Below, one piece after another: positions 43,714-53,032 of a stretch of DNA of 64,000 nt. The notes below the pieces were generated by a model, which was not told the DNA's origin, ran no database searches, and saw nothing but the letters and a program-made list of their open reading frames with translations. The DNA is taken from sequence record OP380604.1. The stretch is one strand, 5' to 3'. A program made the position numbers and the translations under genes. Each line of letters opens with the position of its first letter. Positions within the stretch are counted from its first letter, which is position 1.

Positions 43714-45078
43714 ATGAGCGAGGCAGCGAGCCTATTAGCTAAAATTATTCTTACCGACTGCCAGAAAGCTGCTATTGATGCAGTTTTAACAGACAAGAAA
43801 CATATCACGATTTCTGGTCCTGCGGGTAGCGGTAAGTCATTTTTGACTAAGATTCTGATTCAAAAATTGCTTGACCTGAATAACGGCGCTGTAATAACAT
43901 GTGCCCCAACTCACCAAGCCAAGATCGTTCTTAGCAAAATGAGCGGATTCACCGCAAGCACGATTCATAGTGTATTGAAGATTCATCCAGATACATATGA
44001 AGATGTTCGGGAATTCAAACAATCAAAAAGCGATAAAGCAAAGGAAGATCTCAAAGCCGTTCGGTACCTGATCGTTGATGAAGCGAGTATGGTAGATAAC
44101 GATCTATTTGAAATTCTTCTGAAATCAGTGCATCCGTTTTGTCAGATTATCGCTATCGGTGACAAACACCAGATTCAGCCAGTTCGTCATGCGCCGGGAG
44201 AGATTAGTCCTTTCTTTACCGACAAGCGTTTCCGTTTGGCAGAGCTGAAAACCGTTGTTCGTCAGCAAGCCGGCAACCCGATTATTCAAGTCGCGACTAA
44301 GATCCGCAACGGCGGCTGGTTCGAGACGAATTGGGACAAAACAACCGGAACAGGTGTGCTTGATGTAAAAACGATTGCAAAGATGATGCAAATCTATCTT
44401 TCGAAAGTAAAAACGCCAGAAGACTTGCTAAACTACCGCATGTTGGCGTATACTAACGATGTGGTGAATAGCTTCAATCGCGTAATCAGAAAACACGTTT
44501 ACAAGACTACCGAGCCGTTCGTTGATAACGAATATCTGGTAATGCAAGAACCGGTTATGCGAGAAGAAGAGATTGGTGGAGAAACTTTCACGGAGACGTT
44601 GCTAAACAACGGCGAAACTGTTAAGATTATTCCAGGATCAATCAAGCGACAACTGAAATATATCAGCTTGCCGTATGTTGATCCAATTCAAATCGAAGTC
44701 GCAACAATGTTGGTAGAGCGCCAGGAAACCGATGTTACCGAAGGCGTTGATAGCGACAAAGAGGTAGAAATCTCTGTTGTATGGGATGCAAGTAGCCAAG
44801 TTCTATTGGATGAAGCGTTGTCCTATGCTGCTAGTCAGTACAAACAGATGGGTAGTGGCAAAGCTACTTCCAGACTCTGGGAAGCTTTCTGGCAAGTAAA
44901 AGGGATGTTCGTTAATACCAAGAGCTTAGGCGCATCGACTTTCCACAAGAGTCAGGGAACGACTGTTATCGGTGTTTGTGTTTATACCGGTGATATGAAT
45001 TTCGCCCAATTTGAAATCCAAACGCAACTCGGCTATGTCGGTTGCACACGCGCCCAGAAATGGGTAATATATTGCTAA
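43714..45078 (+). CDS. dda: Dda-like SF1 DNA helicase
   Basis: GPAGSGKS, APTHQA, VDEASM, GDKHQ, HKSQG and YVGCTRA motifs. Confidence 0.9.
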   Translation: MSEAASLLAKIILTDCQKAAIDAVLTDKKHITISGPAGSGKSFLTKILIQKLLDLNNGAVITCAPTHQAKIVLSKMSGFTASTIHSVLKIHPDTYEDVREFKQSKSDKAKEDLKAVRYLIVDEASMVDNDLFEILLKSVHPFCQIIAIGDKHQIQPVRHAPGEISPFFTDKRFRLAELKTVVRQQAGNPIIQVATKIRNGGWFETNWDKTTGTGVLDVKTIAKMMQIYLSKVKTPEDLLNYRMLAYTNDVVNSFNRVIRKHVYKTTEPFVDNEYLVMQEPVMREEEIGGETFTETLLNNGETVKIIPGSIKRQLKYISLPYVDPIQIEVATMLVERQETDVTEGVDSDKEVEISVVWDASSQVLLDEALSYAASQYKQMGSGKATSRLWEAFWQVKGMFVNTKSLGASTFHKSQGTTVIGVCVYTGDMNFAQFEIQTQLGYVGCTRAQKWVIYC

Positions 45079-45092
45079 GGGGCTACGGCCCC
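45079..45092 (+). other. UNCG hairpin GGGGC-TACG-GCCCC
   Basis: Stable tetraloop hairpin with no T tract, between dda and the next gene. Confidence 0.55.
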
Positions 45093-45106
45093 TATAAGGA
45101 AAAATA

Positions 45107-45589
45107 ATGTCTCTGCTTGAACAACTGAAAAAAGATCAAATCGCACTGCGGAAATCCGAAGATCGTAATACCGAAGTTGGCAAAATCAAAATCAATGCGT
45201 TGACCACTCTTATTGGAGAAGCTTCACCTGCTGGCAACGCTACTGTGTCCGACGAACAGGTACAAGCTGTCATTCGTAAGTTTCTCAAGAACTTGGATGA
45301 GGCACTTGCTGCTTCTTTTGCCCGAGCAAAGAAGATTTCCATGGAAATGAACAACAAAGAAGTGTTGGAAATTCTTAAAGATGATGTTCGCCACTGTAAT
45401 ATGTTGATCGAACGTCTGCTTTATGTTAGTTATCTGCCGCAAGTGTTTGATTCTGCCGATATTCGTGCTATCATTGTAAATATGAGTGGTGCCAACATTG
45501 GTCAAGTCATGGGCGCTTGTAAGAAAGCCGCTCAAGAACAAGGCAAGATGTTTGACGGTGCTCTTGTTCGCAAAGAAATGGGAGTATAA
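45107..45589 (+). CDS. GatB/YqeY-domain protein
   Basis: LKKDQIALRK...VSDEQVQAVIRKF...YLPQ...NIGQVMG pattern. Confidence 0.75.
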   Translation: MSLLEQLKKDQIALRKSEDRNTEVGKIKINALTTLIGEASPAGNATVSDEQVQAVIRKFLKNLDEALAASFARAKKISMEMNNKEVLEILKDDVRHCNMLIERLLYVSYLPQVFDSADIRAIIVNMSGANIGQVMGACKKAAQEQGKMFDGALVRKEMGV

Positions 45590-45590
45590 A

Positions 45591-45761
45591 ATGGAGAAGT
45601 GTGCTGTTTGTAAACAACACCTGCTGCCAACAGATCGAGTTGAAACTGTTGACGGCAAAAAAGTTCACAAAGAAGTTTGCAAGAGTTACCTAGAAGACGT
45701 ACAATCTTCGGTAAATGAGAGCAACGGTAGTTTTGACCTCGACGAGGTAGAACTGCTTTGA
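45591..45761 (+). CDS. uvsY.-2: UvsY.-2-like small Cys/His protein
   Basis: CAVCK...VH..C...LDEVELL pattern; next to uvsY. Confidence 0.75.
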   Translation: MEKCAVCKQHLLPTDRVETVDGKKVHKEVCKSYLEDVQSSVNESNGSFDLDEVELL

Positions 45762-46168
45762 CTCTTGATGAACTAAAGGAAGAGCTTAAGGCAGATTTGC
45801 CAATTAAGTTGACTGCGGTTCAAACTGAGGTAGCAGAGAATCCGGTTCTTTATGGAAAGTGGAACCGGTATCTCGCTGACATAAATCGGGAAATCACTAG
45901 ACTTGATGCCGAGCGCAAAAAGATGTTACGCGACCGATTTATGTTCTATACCGGAAGAAGTGAGGATGAAGTATGCATGGACGTATACAGTCCCACTGAA
46001 CTAAAAACTGTTATCGCGGGTGACGAGGACGTTATCAAGAAAAACGCGGCAGTAGAACTCAGTCAAGCAAAGGCCGATTTTTGTCGCCAAGCAATGGAAG
46101 CCGTTCGACAACGTGGCTTTTCACTGCGAGCGATTATAGATTGTCGCAAACTGGAAGCGGGTGAATAA
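45758..46168 (+). CDS. uvsY: Recombination mediator UvsY
   Basis: ENPVLYGKW, YTGR and RGFSLRAIID..KLEAGE. Confidence 0.92.
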   Translation: MTLDELKEELKADLPIKLTAVQTEVAENPVLYGKWNRYLADINREITRLDAERKKMLRDRFMFYTGRSEDEVCMDVYSPTELKTVIAGDEDVIKKNAAVELSQAKADFCRQAMEAVRQRGFSLRAIIDCRKLEAGE

Positions 46169-46170
46169 AC

Positions 46171-46197
46171 AAAAAGGGAGCCATTGGCTCCCTTTTT
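46171..46197. terminator. Bidirectional terminator between uvsY and uvsW.1
   Basis: AAAAAGGGAGCC-ATT-GGCTCCCTTTTT. Confidence 0.88.
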
Positions 46198-46454
46198 CAT
46201 AGGTCAACTTTCTTGCCTTCTGCTTCCGCACTGTCTTGAGATTCAATCTCTTTTTTGCGTCCGCTCAGTGCATCGCGAATCTGAATATCTTCCGAATCGC
46301 TAATGTTAACTTCCTTCTTGCGTTTGGCGTAGAATTTCTCCAACTCACAAACTCCGTCTACTGTTTTGCAGTTATAGATCTTATCGAGAAAGCCCTCGAT
46401 TGCTACACGGGCTTTCTCTTCTGCTTCTGCCAAAAATGAATCAAACTGTTTCAA
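46197..46454 (-). CDS. uvsW.1: UvsW.1-like protein
   Basis: KIYNCKTVDGVCELEKFYAKRKKE; follows uvsW. Confidence 0.82.
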   Translation of the reverse strand: MKQFDSFLAEAEEKARVAIEGFLDKIYNCKTVDGVCELEKFYAKRKKEVNISDSEDIQIRDALSGRKKEIESQDSAEAEGKKVDL

Positions 46455-47952
46455 GTGCCACCTCTTTTATCCGATAGTTAAAGTTTTCTGAACTGTATCT
46501 TTGGATCCGTTCTAGCCCATGAGTGTAAGCATAGTTTTTATGGACATACTTCTTCTTCGAATTGGCGCTCTTTGGCTTAACACAGATATCGTCAATGATA
46601 TCCCAAAGGGTAGCTACGTCTTTGCTGCTATGTTTGCGGAGAACGCGGCCTATCGACTGGAGAACGAGGATTTTACTCTTAGTCGGCGCAGAGAAGATTA
46701 CGTGGTGCAATTTCTTGATACTGATACCAGTAGAGAACACACCCAGAGACGCGACGATAATCAATCCGTCTTCGTTTTCTGCATCGCCTTTTAACTTGAC
46801 TCGTTGATCAGTCTTAGTCTCGCCGGAAACAAAGTGAACTTTTTCACCGTATTTCTTTTTCAGAGCTTCATACAACCACTTGCCATGAGCAACGTGTTTA
46901 AACATAATAAGCACGTTTTCATTGCGATCTTTGGCAAGTTTCAACGCAAGTCTACAAATCCAAGCATTTCGTTTCGTATGATTGTTAATGACTTTGATTT
47001 CGTCCGCATACGATTTACCCTTGTGCAAAATTGTTTCGTGTTCTGGGTAACGTAAGAATACAGCGTTGATATCCAAGTCTGTTACTTGTCCGTCTTCCAT
47101 AAGTTTCTTAGTTGTTACCGGACGGAACACATCACCAAACATGCCAATATATTGCAAAACGTTTGCTTTGCCGTCACGCAAAGAACCACTCATGCCAATT
47201 TTGAAACGACAGTCAGCCATACCTTTAATGATAGTTGTTAGCTCTTTAGCAGTTGACAGATGACATTCATCAACTATAATCATGCCAAATTGCTTAAACC
47301 AGTCTGAACTCATTTTACAGGCACTTTGCCATGTAGAAACAACGATTGGCTCGCTTCCGTTCTTTCTTGTGCCGGCCATAACGCCTAGACAAGCTTGACG
47401 CGGAATCAGACGATAATCTGCGAAGTCGCCAATCATCTGCTCAACGAGTGCAGTTGTTGGAACGAGTACAAGAACTTTGCCTTCGTATCGTTGCAAGTAC
47501 CAGTAGGTAAGCAAACAAGCAATCAGTGATTTACCAGCAGACGTTGGCAAGTTGCCAATCATACGGTTTTTGTTGATTGCGTTGAATACGGTATCGGCTT
47601 GGTACCAATGAGGAGTGATCTTGTTCTGACCGGAATAAATTTCAAGTTCGGACAACCAAGTATCAAACTCTTCTCTAGTCATTTCGGTTTCGGGAGTAAA
47701 TTCCGAATCCACGTTGACTTCCAAATCGTTTTCTTTACAATATCGGACGAGTGTATCTACCAGACCAATCGGTAGAAGTCCTTCGTTGGATAGCATACGG
47801 ATTTTACCGTCCCATGTTCCGTAGCGGAATTTTGGGTTAAACCGTGCGCCGTCAACATCGAAGGTAAAATAGTTGCGCAATTCCATAAAAATATTGTTGT
47901 CACAATCAATGAATGCGTTGCTATAGTCTCTAAATTTTACGTTTACGTGCAT
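46441..47952 (-). CDS. uvsW: SF2 helicase UvsW
   Basis: LPTSAGKS, DECH and QSIGRVLR motifs. Confidence 0.95.
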   Translation of the reverse strand: MHVNVKFRDYSNAFIDCDNNIFMELRNYFTFDVDGARFNPKFRYGTWDGKIRMLSNEGLLPIGLVDTLVRYCKENDLEVNVDSEFTPETEMTREEFDTWLSELEIYSGQNKITPHWYQADTVFNAINKNRMIGNLPTSAGKSLIACLLTYWYLQRYEGKVLVLVPTTALVEQMIGDFADYRLIPRQACLGVMAGTRKNGSEPIVVSTWQSACKMSSDWFKQFGMIIVDECHLSTAKELTTIIKGMADCRFKIGMSGSLRDGKANVLQYIGMFGDVFRPVTTKKLMEDGQVTDLDINAVFLRYPEHETILHKGKSYADEIKVINNHTKRNAWICRLALKLAKDRNENVLIMFKHVAHGKWLYEALKKKYGEKVHFVSGETKTDQRVKLKGDAENEDGLIIVASLGVFSTGISIKKLHHVIFSAPTKSKILVLQSIGRVLRKHSSKDVATLWDIIDDICVKPKSANSKKKYVHKNYAYTHGLERIQRYSSENFNYRIKEVALETV

Positions 47953-47977
47953 CAAACAGTTCCTAACAGTTTTGTTT

Positions 47978-47985
47978 TATTTAGC
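47978..47985 (-). promoter_or_regulatory. Late promoter (GCTAAATA) for uvsW
   Basis: Late box upstream of the uvsW SD. Confidence 0.55.
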
Positions 47986-48070
47986 GGCTTTGTTCCATGA
48001 TTATAGCATGAACCGTCTAAATCATAAACAATAAATAGTATTGTAACTTAATTACAAGTTGCGGTAAGGA

Positions 48071-48469
48071 GTGTTTGTAGTGAACATAAAAGAAAACGTT
48101 ATTTCGACGTTGACTTTGTTTGTTACGATCTGGGGAGCGGTATTTACCTACAACTCGTTTATCGGCGATCAGCGCGATTACAAGTTAAAGGAAGAAATCA
48201 CTGCCCATTTCGATCAATCAGTGTCGGCGTTGAAAGATGATATTTCAAAGCTACCGACACACACCGACGTTGAAAACGCGCAGTTAAAGTCTATGCTATA
48301 CGCAAAGGACATAAGCGACGCGAGATCGGCCGATGAAAAAGAACTTCTTCGGGCGATGCAAGCTAAAATAGATGATCTATCTAGGAGAGTTGAAGATAAT
48401 CAACGCAGACCGGGTGAGGTAGCGCCAATAACGGATCGTTGGCAGAATACAGATAGACAACAACAATAA
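48071..48469 (+). CDS. Membrane-anchored coiled-coil protein
   Basis: SD AAGGAG, TM helix; AATAAATA late-like box at 48030-48037. Confidence 0.68.
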   Translation: MFVVNIKENVISTLTLFVTIWGAVFTYNSFIGDQRDYKLKEEITAHFDQSVSALKDDISKLPTHTDVENAQLKSMLYAKDISDARSADEKELLRAMQAKIDDLSRRVEDNQRRPGEVAPITDRWQNTDRQQQ

Positions 48470-48495
48470 TAACAGTGTATCTACAATGGAATGTC

Positions 48496-48535
48496 AAAGC
48501 GGGAAGTCTAGCACGGGCTTCCCGCTTTTATTTTT
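48496..48535 (+). terminator. Rho-independent terminator
   Basis: AAAGCGGGAAG...CTTCCCGCTTT plus T tract, followed by TTTTCCAAAA and TTGACG. Confidence 0.8.
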
Positions 48536-48599
48536 CCAAAAGTGTTTGACGATTCGAATCTAATGTGCGAGAATTACATCATCAAATAGGAGACGAACT

Positions 48600-48908
48600 A
48601 TGATTTTTGATATGAACGAGTTCGGAGGACTAGCTGTTCTTGGAACTATAATCGGTGTCGTTTACCTTTTGCAAAAAGGTGTTGACGGCGCATTCGATTC
48701 CGACAATAATAAAAAGACGTTAGCAGATACGATTCGTGAACTAAATGAGACTCGACGGATCGGTAACTTTCAACACCGAAACTGTATTAGTCACAAGATC
48801 AGTGGAAAAGCAACGGTAAAATCAAAGGGGTTTGGTGTTGCAACAGACACAATCCCCAACGGTGAAATCAACTCAAACAAAAACAAAAGACGTAAGAAGA
48901 GGAAATAA
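48600..48908 (+). CDS. Membrane-anchored hypothetical protein with basic tail
   Basis: SD AGGAG. Confidence 0.65.
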   Translation: MIFDMNEFGGLAVLGTIIGVVYLLQKGVDGAFDSDNNKKTLADTIRELNETRRIGNFQHRNCISHKISGKATVKSKGFGVATDTIPNGEINSNKNKRRKKRK

Positions 48909-48910
48909 AG

Positions 48911-49936
48911 ATGAAATTTCAAGGCTACCCAGAAATGGAAAATCACACCAAGCAGAAGGTGATTTTCGCTGTTCAAGAACAAGGTTTTGCAGAAAAGAAT
49001 ATCGTGTGGACCGCCCGCGAGAAAATCCATGGTACCAACTTCTCTATGTGGACTAACGGAGTCGATTTCACTGCCGGTAAGCGTTCCAGCTTCCTAGGAG
49101 AAGCTTCTAGTTTCTATGATCATCAAGTGATTGTTGGACGATACGAAAAACAAATCCGTCAACTACATGAATGTCTTGTTCATCTGGACATTATTAACAA
49201 AGAAGACTCTATCGGCGTGTTTGGTGAATATGCTGGCATCATGAGCTATGGCAAGTGGATCCAGACTGGTATCGAGTACGGTCCACAAGATTTCTATGTG
49301 TTTGATATCATCGTGCAGCCTATTCACGGCGATCAATTCATGTTGGAAGATTTGCAAGTTGAAGAACTTTGCAAAGCAATGAGTCTGAAAACTGCACCGC
49401 TTCTGAAAGTCGGTACTTTCGCCGAGATCATGAAAATCCCGGTAGATCTGCAATCTGTTGTCATGGAAGTCAATGCGGGTAAGCCGATTGACATTCGCGT
49501 TGGCACTGATAATATCGCAGAAGGATACGTGGCTAAGCCAAACGTACCAGCTCGTTTCCGTAACGGCAATCGTGTTGCAATCAAGTGCAAAAACGAGAAA
49601 TGGAGCGAAACTGGTAAAGGTCGTGCTGTTCAAGTAGAAGTTAAAGAACTGTCTGAAAAAGACAAGGCACTTGTACTTGACATTAGCCGCTATATCACTG
49701 ATAACCGTCTCAAGAATGTGCTGTCCAAAATGGATACACCGAAAACCAATGAGTTTGGTAAAGTTCTGGGTCTGATGTCCAAAGACGTTCAGAAAGACTA
49801 TGAGCGCGACGAACTGGACGGCGTATCTGTCAAAGAAGCGGCAGATGAAGCTGGACGAGTTATGCGAATGATCAACACTGAGATCGGAAACATGATTCGC
49901 CCAAATTGGGTTTCTATCTGCGACGGCGACTGGTAA
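48911..49936 (+). CDS. rnlB: RNA ligase 2
   Basis: REKIHGTNF, FGEYAG, FDI, EGYV and AIKCKN motifs. Confidence 0.93.
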   Translation: MKFQGYPEMENHTKQKVIFAVQEQGFAEKNIVWTAREKIHGTNFSMWTNGVDFTAGKRSSFLGEASSFYDHQVIVGRYEKQIRQLHECLVHLDIINKEDSIGVFGEYAGIMSYGKWIQTGIEYGPQDFYVFDIIVQPIHGDQFMLEDLQVEELCKAMSLKTAPLLKVGTFAEIMKIPVDLQSVVMEVNAGKPIDIRVGTDNIAEGYVAKPNVPARFRNGNRVAIKCKNEKWSETGKGRAVQVEVKELSEKDKALVLDISRYITDNRLKNVLSKMDTPKTNEFGKVLGLMSKDVQKDYERDELDGVSVKEAADEAGRVMRMINTEIGNMIRPNWVSICDGDW

Positions 49937-49944
49937 TAACATTT

Positions 49945-49960
49945 GAGGGCTTCGGCCCTC
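49945..49960 (+). other. UUCG hairpin identical to 16418-16433
   Basis: GAGGGC-TTCG-GCCCTC. Confidence 0.7.
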
Positions 49961-49977
49961 TTCATCGGGAGATTAAA

Positions 49978-50235
49978 ATGTTCACCGCAAAAGAAGCGAT
50001 CAAAATGACGGAAGAGAATAGCGTTGCTATGATCTCCGAGTACATGACTAATACAATAGAGCCTGCAATCAAGGCTGCTGCCAAGCGCGGACTTCGAATT
50101 TGTAATATCACTGCCGTTCCTCGTTATGAAGTTCGGGAACTAATTCTTCGTGAGTTGTTGAACGCCGGATATTCTGCTAAAATTCACACCGGCATGAATC
50201 AACTAGATCAATCATATCTGGAAATCAAATGGTAA
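49978..50235 (+). CDS. Hypothetical protein (paralogue of 16449-16706)
   Basis: SD GGAG; C-terminal YLEIKW. Confidence 0.72.
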   Translation: MFTAKEAIKMTEENSVAMISEYMTNTIEPAIKAAAKRGLRICNITAVPRYEVRELILRELLNAGYSAKIHTGMNQLDQSYLEIKW

Positions 50236-50456
50236 AGTTTCTTCTCTTTATAAAGAAATACTGTATGGGAGCTAACGGCATGATTGCTTCCATGTTGGGA
50301 TATATCTTTGCAATCATTTGCGTTTCACTGTACAATAGAGATATCCCAAATCTGGGAATGTGTTATACCATCATGGTACTTATTGCAGGTCCGATATGTG
50401 GAGCTGGGTACTACGCAAAACATTTACTGGAGACAAAATACAATGGCCGAGTATAA
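50229..50456 (+). CDS. Small membrane protein
   Basis: Two hydrophobic helices. Confidence 0.6.
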   Translation: MVKFLLFIKKYCMGANGMIASMLGYIFAIICVSLYNRDIPNLGMCYTIMVLIAGPICGAGYYAKHLLETKYNGRV

Positions 50457-50871
50457 GAATGATCGTCAAGATTGGTTCAAGAATTATCCGATCTTAAAAT
50501 CCGATTCGGATAACAACTATGCACACCACAAACCAGGTGCGATTGCGATTCATCGTGGCAATGAGGGTTTCAAGTTCTACGTTATTCGTGCTACCAAGAT
50601 TGTGCCGGTTAATCAGTATGGACGAACGTACATGAGCAATAAGGCTTTTGTGCAGTTGATCCAATGTCCGGAACGTGAGAGCGCAGATACCGCACCTCGC
50701 AAGCGTGTTACCGAGCGAGGTTTTCATGAATTGTATATTCTTGATACCGATCGGTATATTGAAAATGAAATTCGCGTGTTTACTGACATGATGGATCTTG
50801 CTAAACTACGTCTTACACAAACGGACACGATTGATAAACTCGTGACCAAACACGGAGATTTAAACGTTTGA
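50443..50871 (+). CDS. Hypothetical protein
   Basis: SD GGAG before ATG 50443. Confidence 0.65.
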   Translation: MAEYKNDRQDWFKNYPILKSDSDNNYAHHKPGAIAIHRGNEGFKFYVIRATKIVPVNQYGRTYMSNKAFVQLIQCPERESADTAPRKRVTERGFHELYILDTDRYIENEIRVFTDMMDLAKLRLTQTDTIDKLVTKHGDLNV

Positions 50872-51566
50872 TTGATATTGAACAAATATACAAGTTCAAA
50901 GATGAACTACCAGCGGCAGACGCAAAGGCCGCTATTCAGAAGTATTGCAAAGACCACGGCATCAAAGTACCGAAGACTGGTATTAGTGTCAAAGATCAGA
51001 TTAGTCTGATTATGGACAAACTCGACGCTATGGCAAACGGTGTTGCTGAAACTTCTAGTTTTGGACCTCCTGAAATTGACGATGAAATAACAGTCGATGT
51101 AACTCCGATTACCGAAGTTCCTGAGTGTGACGGCGCTTGTCCAATCGATCTTGGAACTGATATCGAAGAAGTCAAACCAACCGGTACTTATACCGTTGCT
51201 GATTTCCTGAAAGATCAAGTGATCGATGTTTCTACTCCCAAAGTGAATTTCACTCAAATGGAAGCATCGGGGATTCTTAAAAACATTGGCAACGATTTGC
51301 CTCCTAGTGGTCATCATGTTGTTCACATTGGCAACGATTATCGTCCAAAGTCTGATCTCATTGGCTACGGCAAAGATGCGTACTTGAATCTGCCATATTG
51401 GATTCTTGATTGGATTCTTGAGCAGCCAAGGGACTGGAAGATCAACGTTATGAACTATAAAGGAAATGACCGAGATTTTCTGTATGATATGCTCTATTAT
51501 ATTCAGATGAACGGCAAAGTCATAGTTCGTGAATCCAGAAACAGCCAGTATCACCATTTCTTCTAA
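50868..51566 (+). CDS. inh: Inhibitor of prohead protease
   Basis: LPYWILDWI..W...LYYIQMNGKVIVRESRNS matches T4 Inh. Confidence 0.88.
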   Translation: MIDIEQIYKFKDELPAADAKAAIQKYCKDHGIKVPKTGISVKDQISLIMDKLDAMANGVAETSSFGPPEIDDEITVDVTPITEVPECDGACPIDLGTDIEEVKPTGTYTVADFLKDQVIDVSTPKVNFTQMEASGILKNIGNDLPPSGHHVVHIGNDYRPKSDLIGYGKDAYLNLPYWILDWILEQPRDWKINVMNYKGNDRDFLYDMLYYIQMNGKVIVRESRNSQYHHFF

Positions 51567-51615
51567 ATAAAGATATAGCCCACATTGGTGGGCTTTATCC
51601 AATAAGGAGAAATTA

Positions 51616-52083
51616 ATGGCTAAGAAAAGCAAGGCGCAAGATGTTGTGCCGTCAGAGGTAGAAATTGTTAAAGAGAGTATTGTTCCTGCTGTTGAAGAGG
51701 TTGCTCAGGAAGTTATTCCCGCTCCTATTGAACTGGTTGAAATCCAAGAGAAGGTAGAACCTGTTAAGAGTGTGGAAAAACCGGCTACTAAGCCAGCTCA
51801 GGTCATTAGCAAAGAAATCCCATCCATGGCATTTGATGTAATGGGAGAATCTTTCCCATGGGCTTGGAATATGAGCAATATCAATAACAAATATTGGTTT
51901 AGCTGTATCGATTCTGCCCAGTATGCGGACTTGAAATCAGAGCGAGATTCCGAGTTCAAGTCTTTTGTCCGCGGCTTGATCGAGAAAACTGGTATGACGG
52001 TTGTTGTTCGCGAGCCCCGCAACAGCATGTTTGTTCACATCGACGGAACCGAAATCACTGAATCTACCGTGATCTACCTATAA
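51616..52083 (+). CDS. Hoc/Inh C-terminal-domain-like protein with P/E/V/K-rich N-terminus
   Basis: VVVREPRNSMFVH resembles the Hoc/Inh C-terminal V..ESRN motif; late box TCTAAATA at 51562-51569. Confidence 0.6.
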   Translation: MAKKSKAQDVVPSEVEIVKESIVPAVEEVAQEVIPAPIELVEIQEKVEPVKSVEKPATKPAQVISKEIPSMAFDVMGESFPWAWNMSNINNKYWFSCIDSAQYADLKSERDSEFKSFVRGLIEKTGMTVVVREPRNSMFVHIDGTEITESTVIYL

Positions 52084-52084
52084 G

Positions 52085-52113
52085 AATCCCGCTTCGGCGG
52101 GATTTTTTTTTTT
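52085..52113 (+). terminator. Rho-independent terminator
   Basis: AATCCCGC-TTCG-GCGGGATT plus a long T tract. Confidence 0.9.
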
Positions 52114-52133
52114 AATTATTTTCCAAAAAGTCG

Positions 52134-52161
52134 TTGACGCATTGGAACAACCTGTTATTAT
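52134..52161 (+). promoter_or_regulatory. Sigma70-like early promoter
   Basis: TTTTCCAAAAA upstream; TTGACG-N16-TATTAT. Confidence 0.8.
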
Positions 52162-52218
52162 AGCTACATCGAAACGCGAGACGCGATTCACAACGAAACA
52201 AACTCTGAGGAAAACATC

Positions 52219-52446
52219 ATGAACAACATCGAAATCAAAGCCTACTTTGCTGTTACCGCTTCTAAGAAAACCAAAGCTCAAGTTGCCCGTGAACTCAAGG
52301 TATCCCCGCGCACTGTTGGCCGTTACATCGATAAAGTGAATGATATGCGTCGTGAATCAGTAGCTAACAAACTGGAAGCTGAGTTTGCCGGTAAAGTTCA
52401 GCGTCGCGCCAAGTATGTTTACAACAACCCGAAGAAAGCAGCATAA
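52219..52446 (+). CDS. Small basic helix-turn-helix protein
   Basis: TKAQVARELKVSPRTVGRY; paralogue of 16799. Confidence 0.75.
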   Translation: MNNIEIKAYFAVTASKKTKAQVARELKVSPRTVGRYIDKVNDMRRESVANKLEAEFAGKVQRRAKYVYNNPKKAA

Positions 52447-52453
52447 GGACAAA

Positions 52454-52801
52454 ATGATGAACAACGCTACCAAAATCAAAGCACACTTCATGAATGAAAA
52501 CGGTGTTGCTAAAGTAGAAATCGCTCGCCAACTGGAAGTTTCCGCATCAACTGTAAGTCGCTGGATCAAAGAGGTCGAACAAGCGCGAGTGAAGGCAGCA
52601 ACTATTACCGTGATTGATGATCAGGAAGAAGATGTTGAAATCGAAGTTCCGGCGAAAGTTGTACAACGTCGCAAGATCTGGACTTTCACTCCAACAAAAG
52701 TAGAGCGTAAGCAGCGAATCGAGAAGCGCGAACAACAAAAGCAAGCAATGCCGCAAACTGCAATGAGCATGGCATTCGAAAAAGCAGTAATCGCGGGTTA
52801 A
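52454..52801 (+). CDS. Helix-turn-helix protein
   Basis: AKVEIARQLEVSASTVSRW. Confidence 0.72.
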   Translation: MMNNATKIKAHFMNENGVAKVEIARQLEVSASTVSRWIKEVEQARVKAATITVIDDQEEDVEIEVPAKVVQRRKIWTFTPTKVERKQRIEKREQQKQAMPQTAMSMAFEKAVIAG

Positions 52802-52852
52802 TGAGCAGTGGACCAGAATATCTGGTCCATATCAATAATAATGAGGATAAAC

Positions 52853-53032
52853 GTGTATATTTGCGATATTTGTAGCGAAAAAGAAGCAACGACGCTGGCA
52901 GATGTAGTTTTGCCACATATCGGAAATCTGTGTGTAATCATTTGCGAGGAGTGTTGTGAAAAAAATTGTGACACTGATCGGAACGAGATACCCACCCAAG
53001 TTGATCGTCCCGTCAGTCAATCAAATCGGTAA
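52853..53032 (+). CDS. Small Cys-rich protein
   Basis: SD GAGGA before GTG 52853; CxxC...CxxC. Confidence 0.5.
   Translation: MYICDICSEKEATTLADVVLPHIGNLCVIICEECCEKNCDTDRNEIPTQVDRPVSQSNR

Noticed and set aside
52103-52113. Eleven-T homopolymer as a phase-variation tract
   Set aside because: It is non-coding and is the U tract of a standard terminator.
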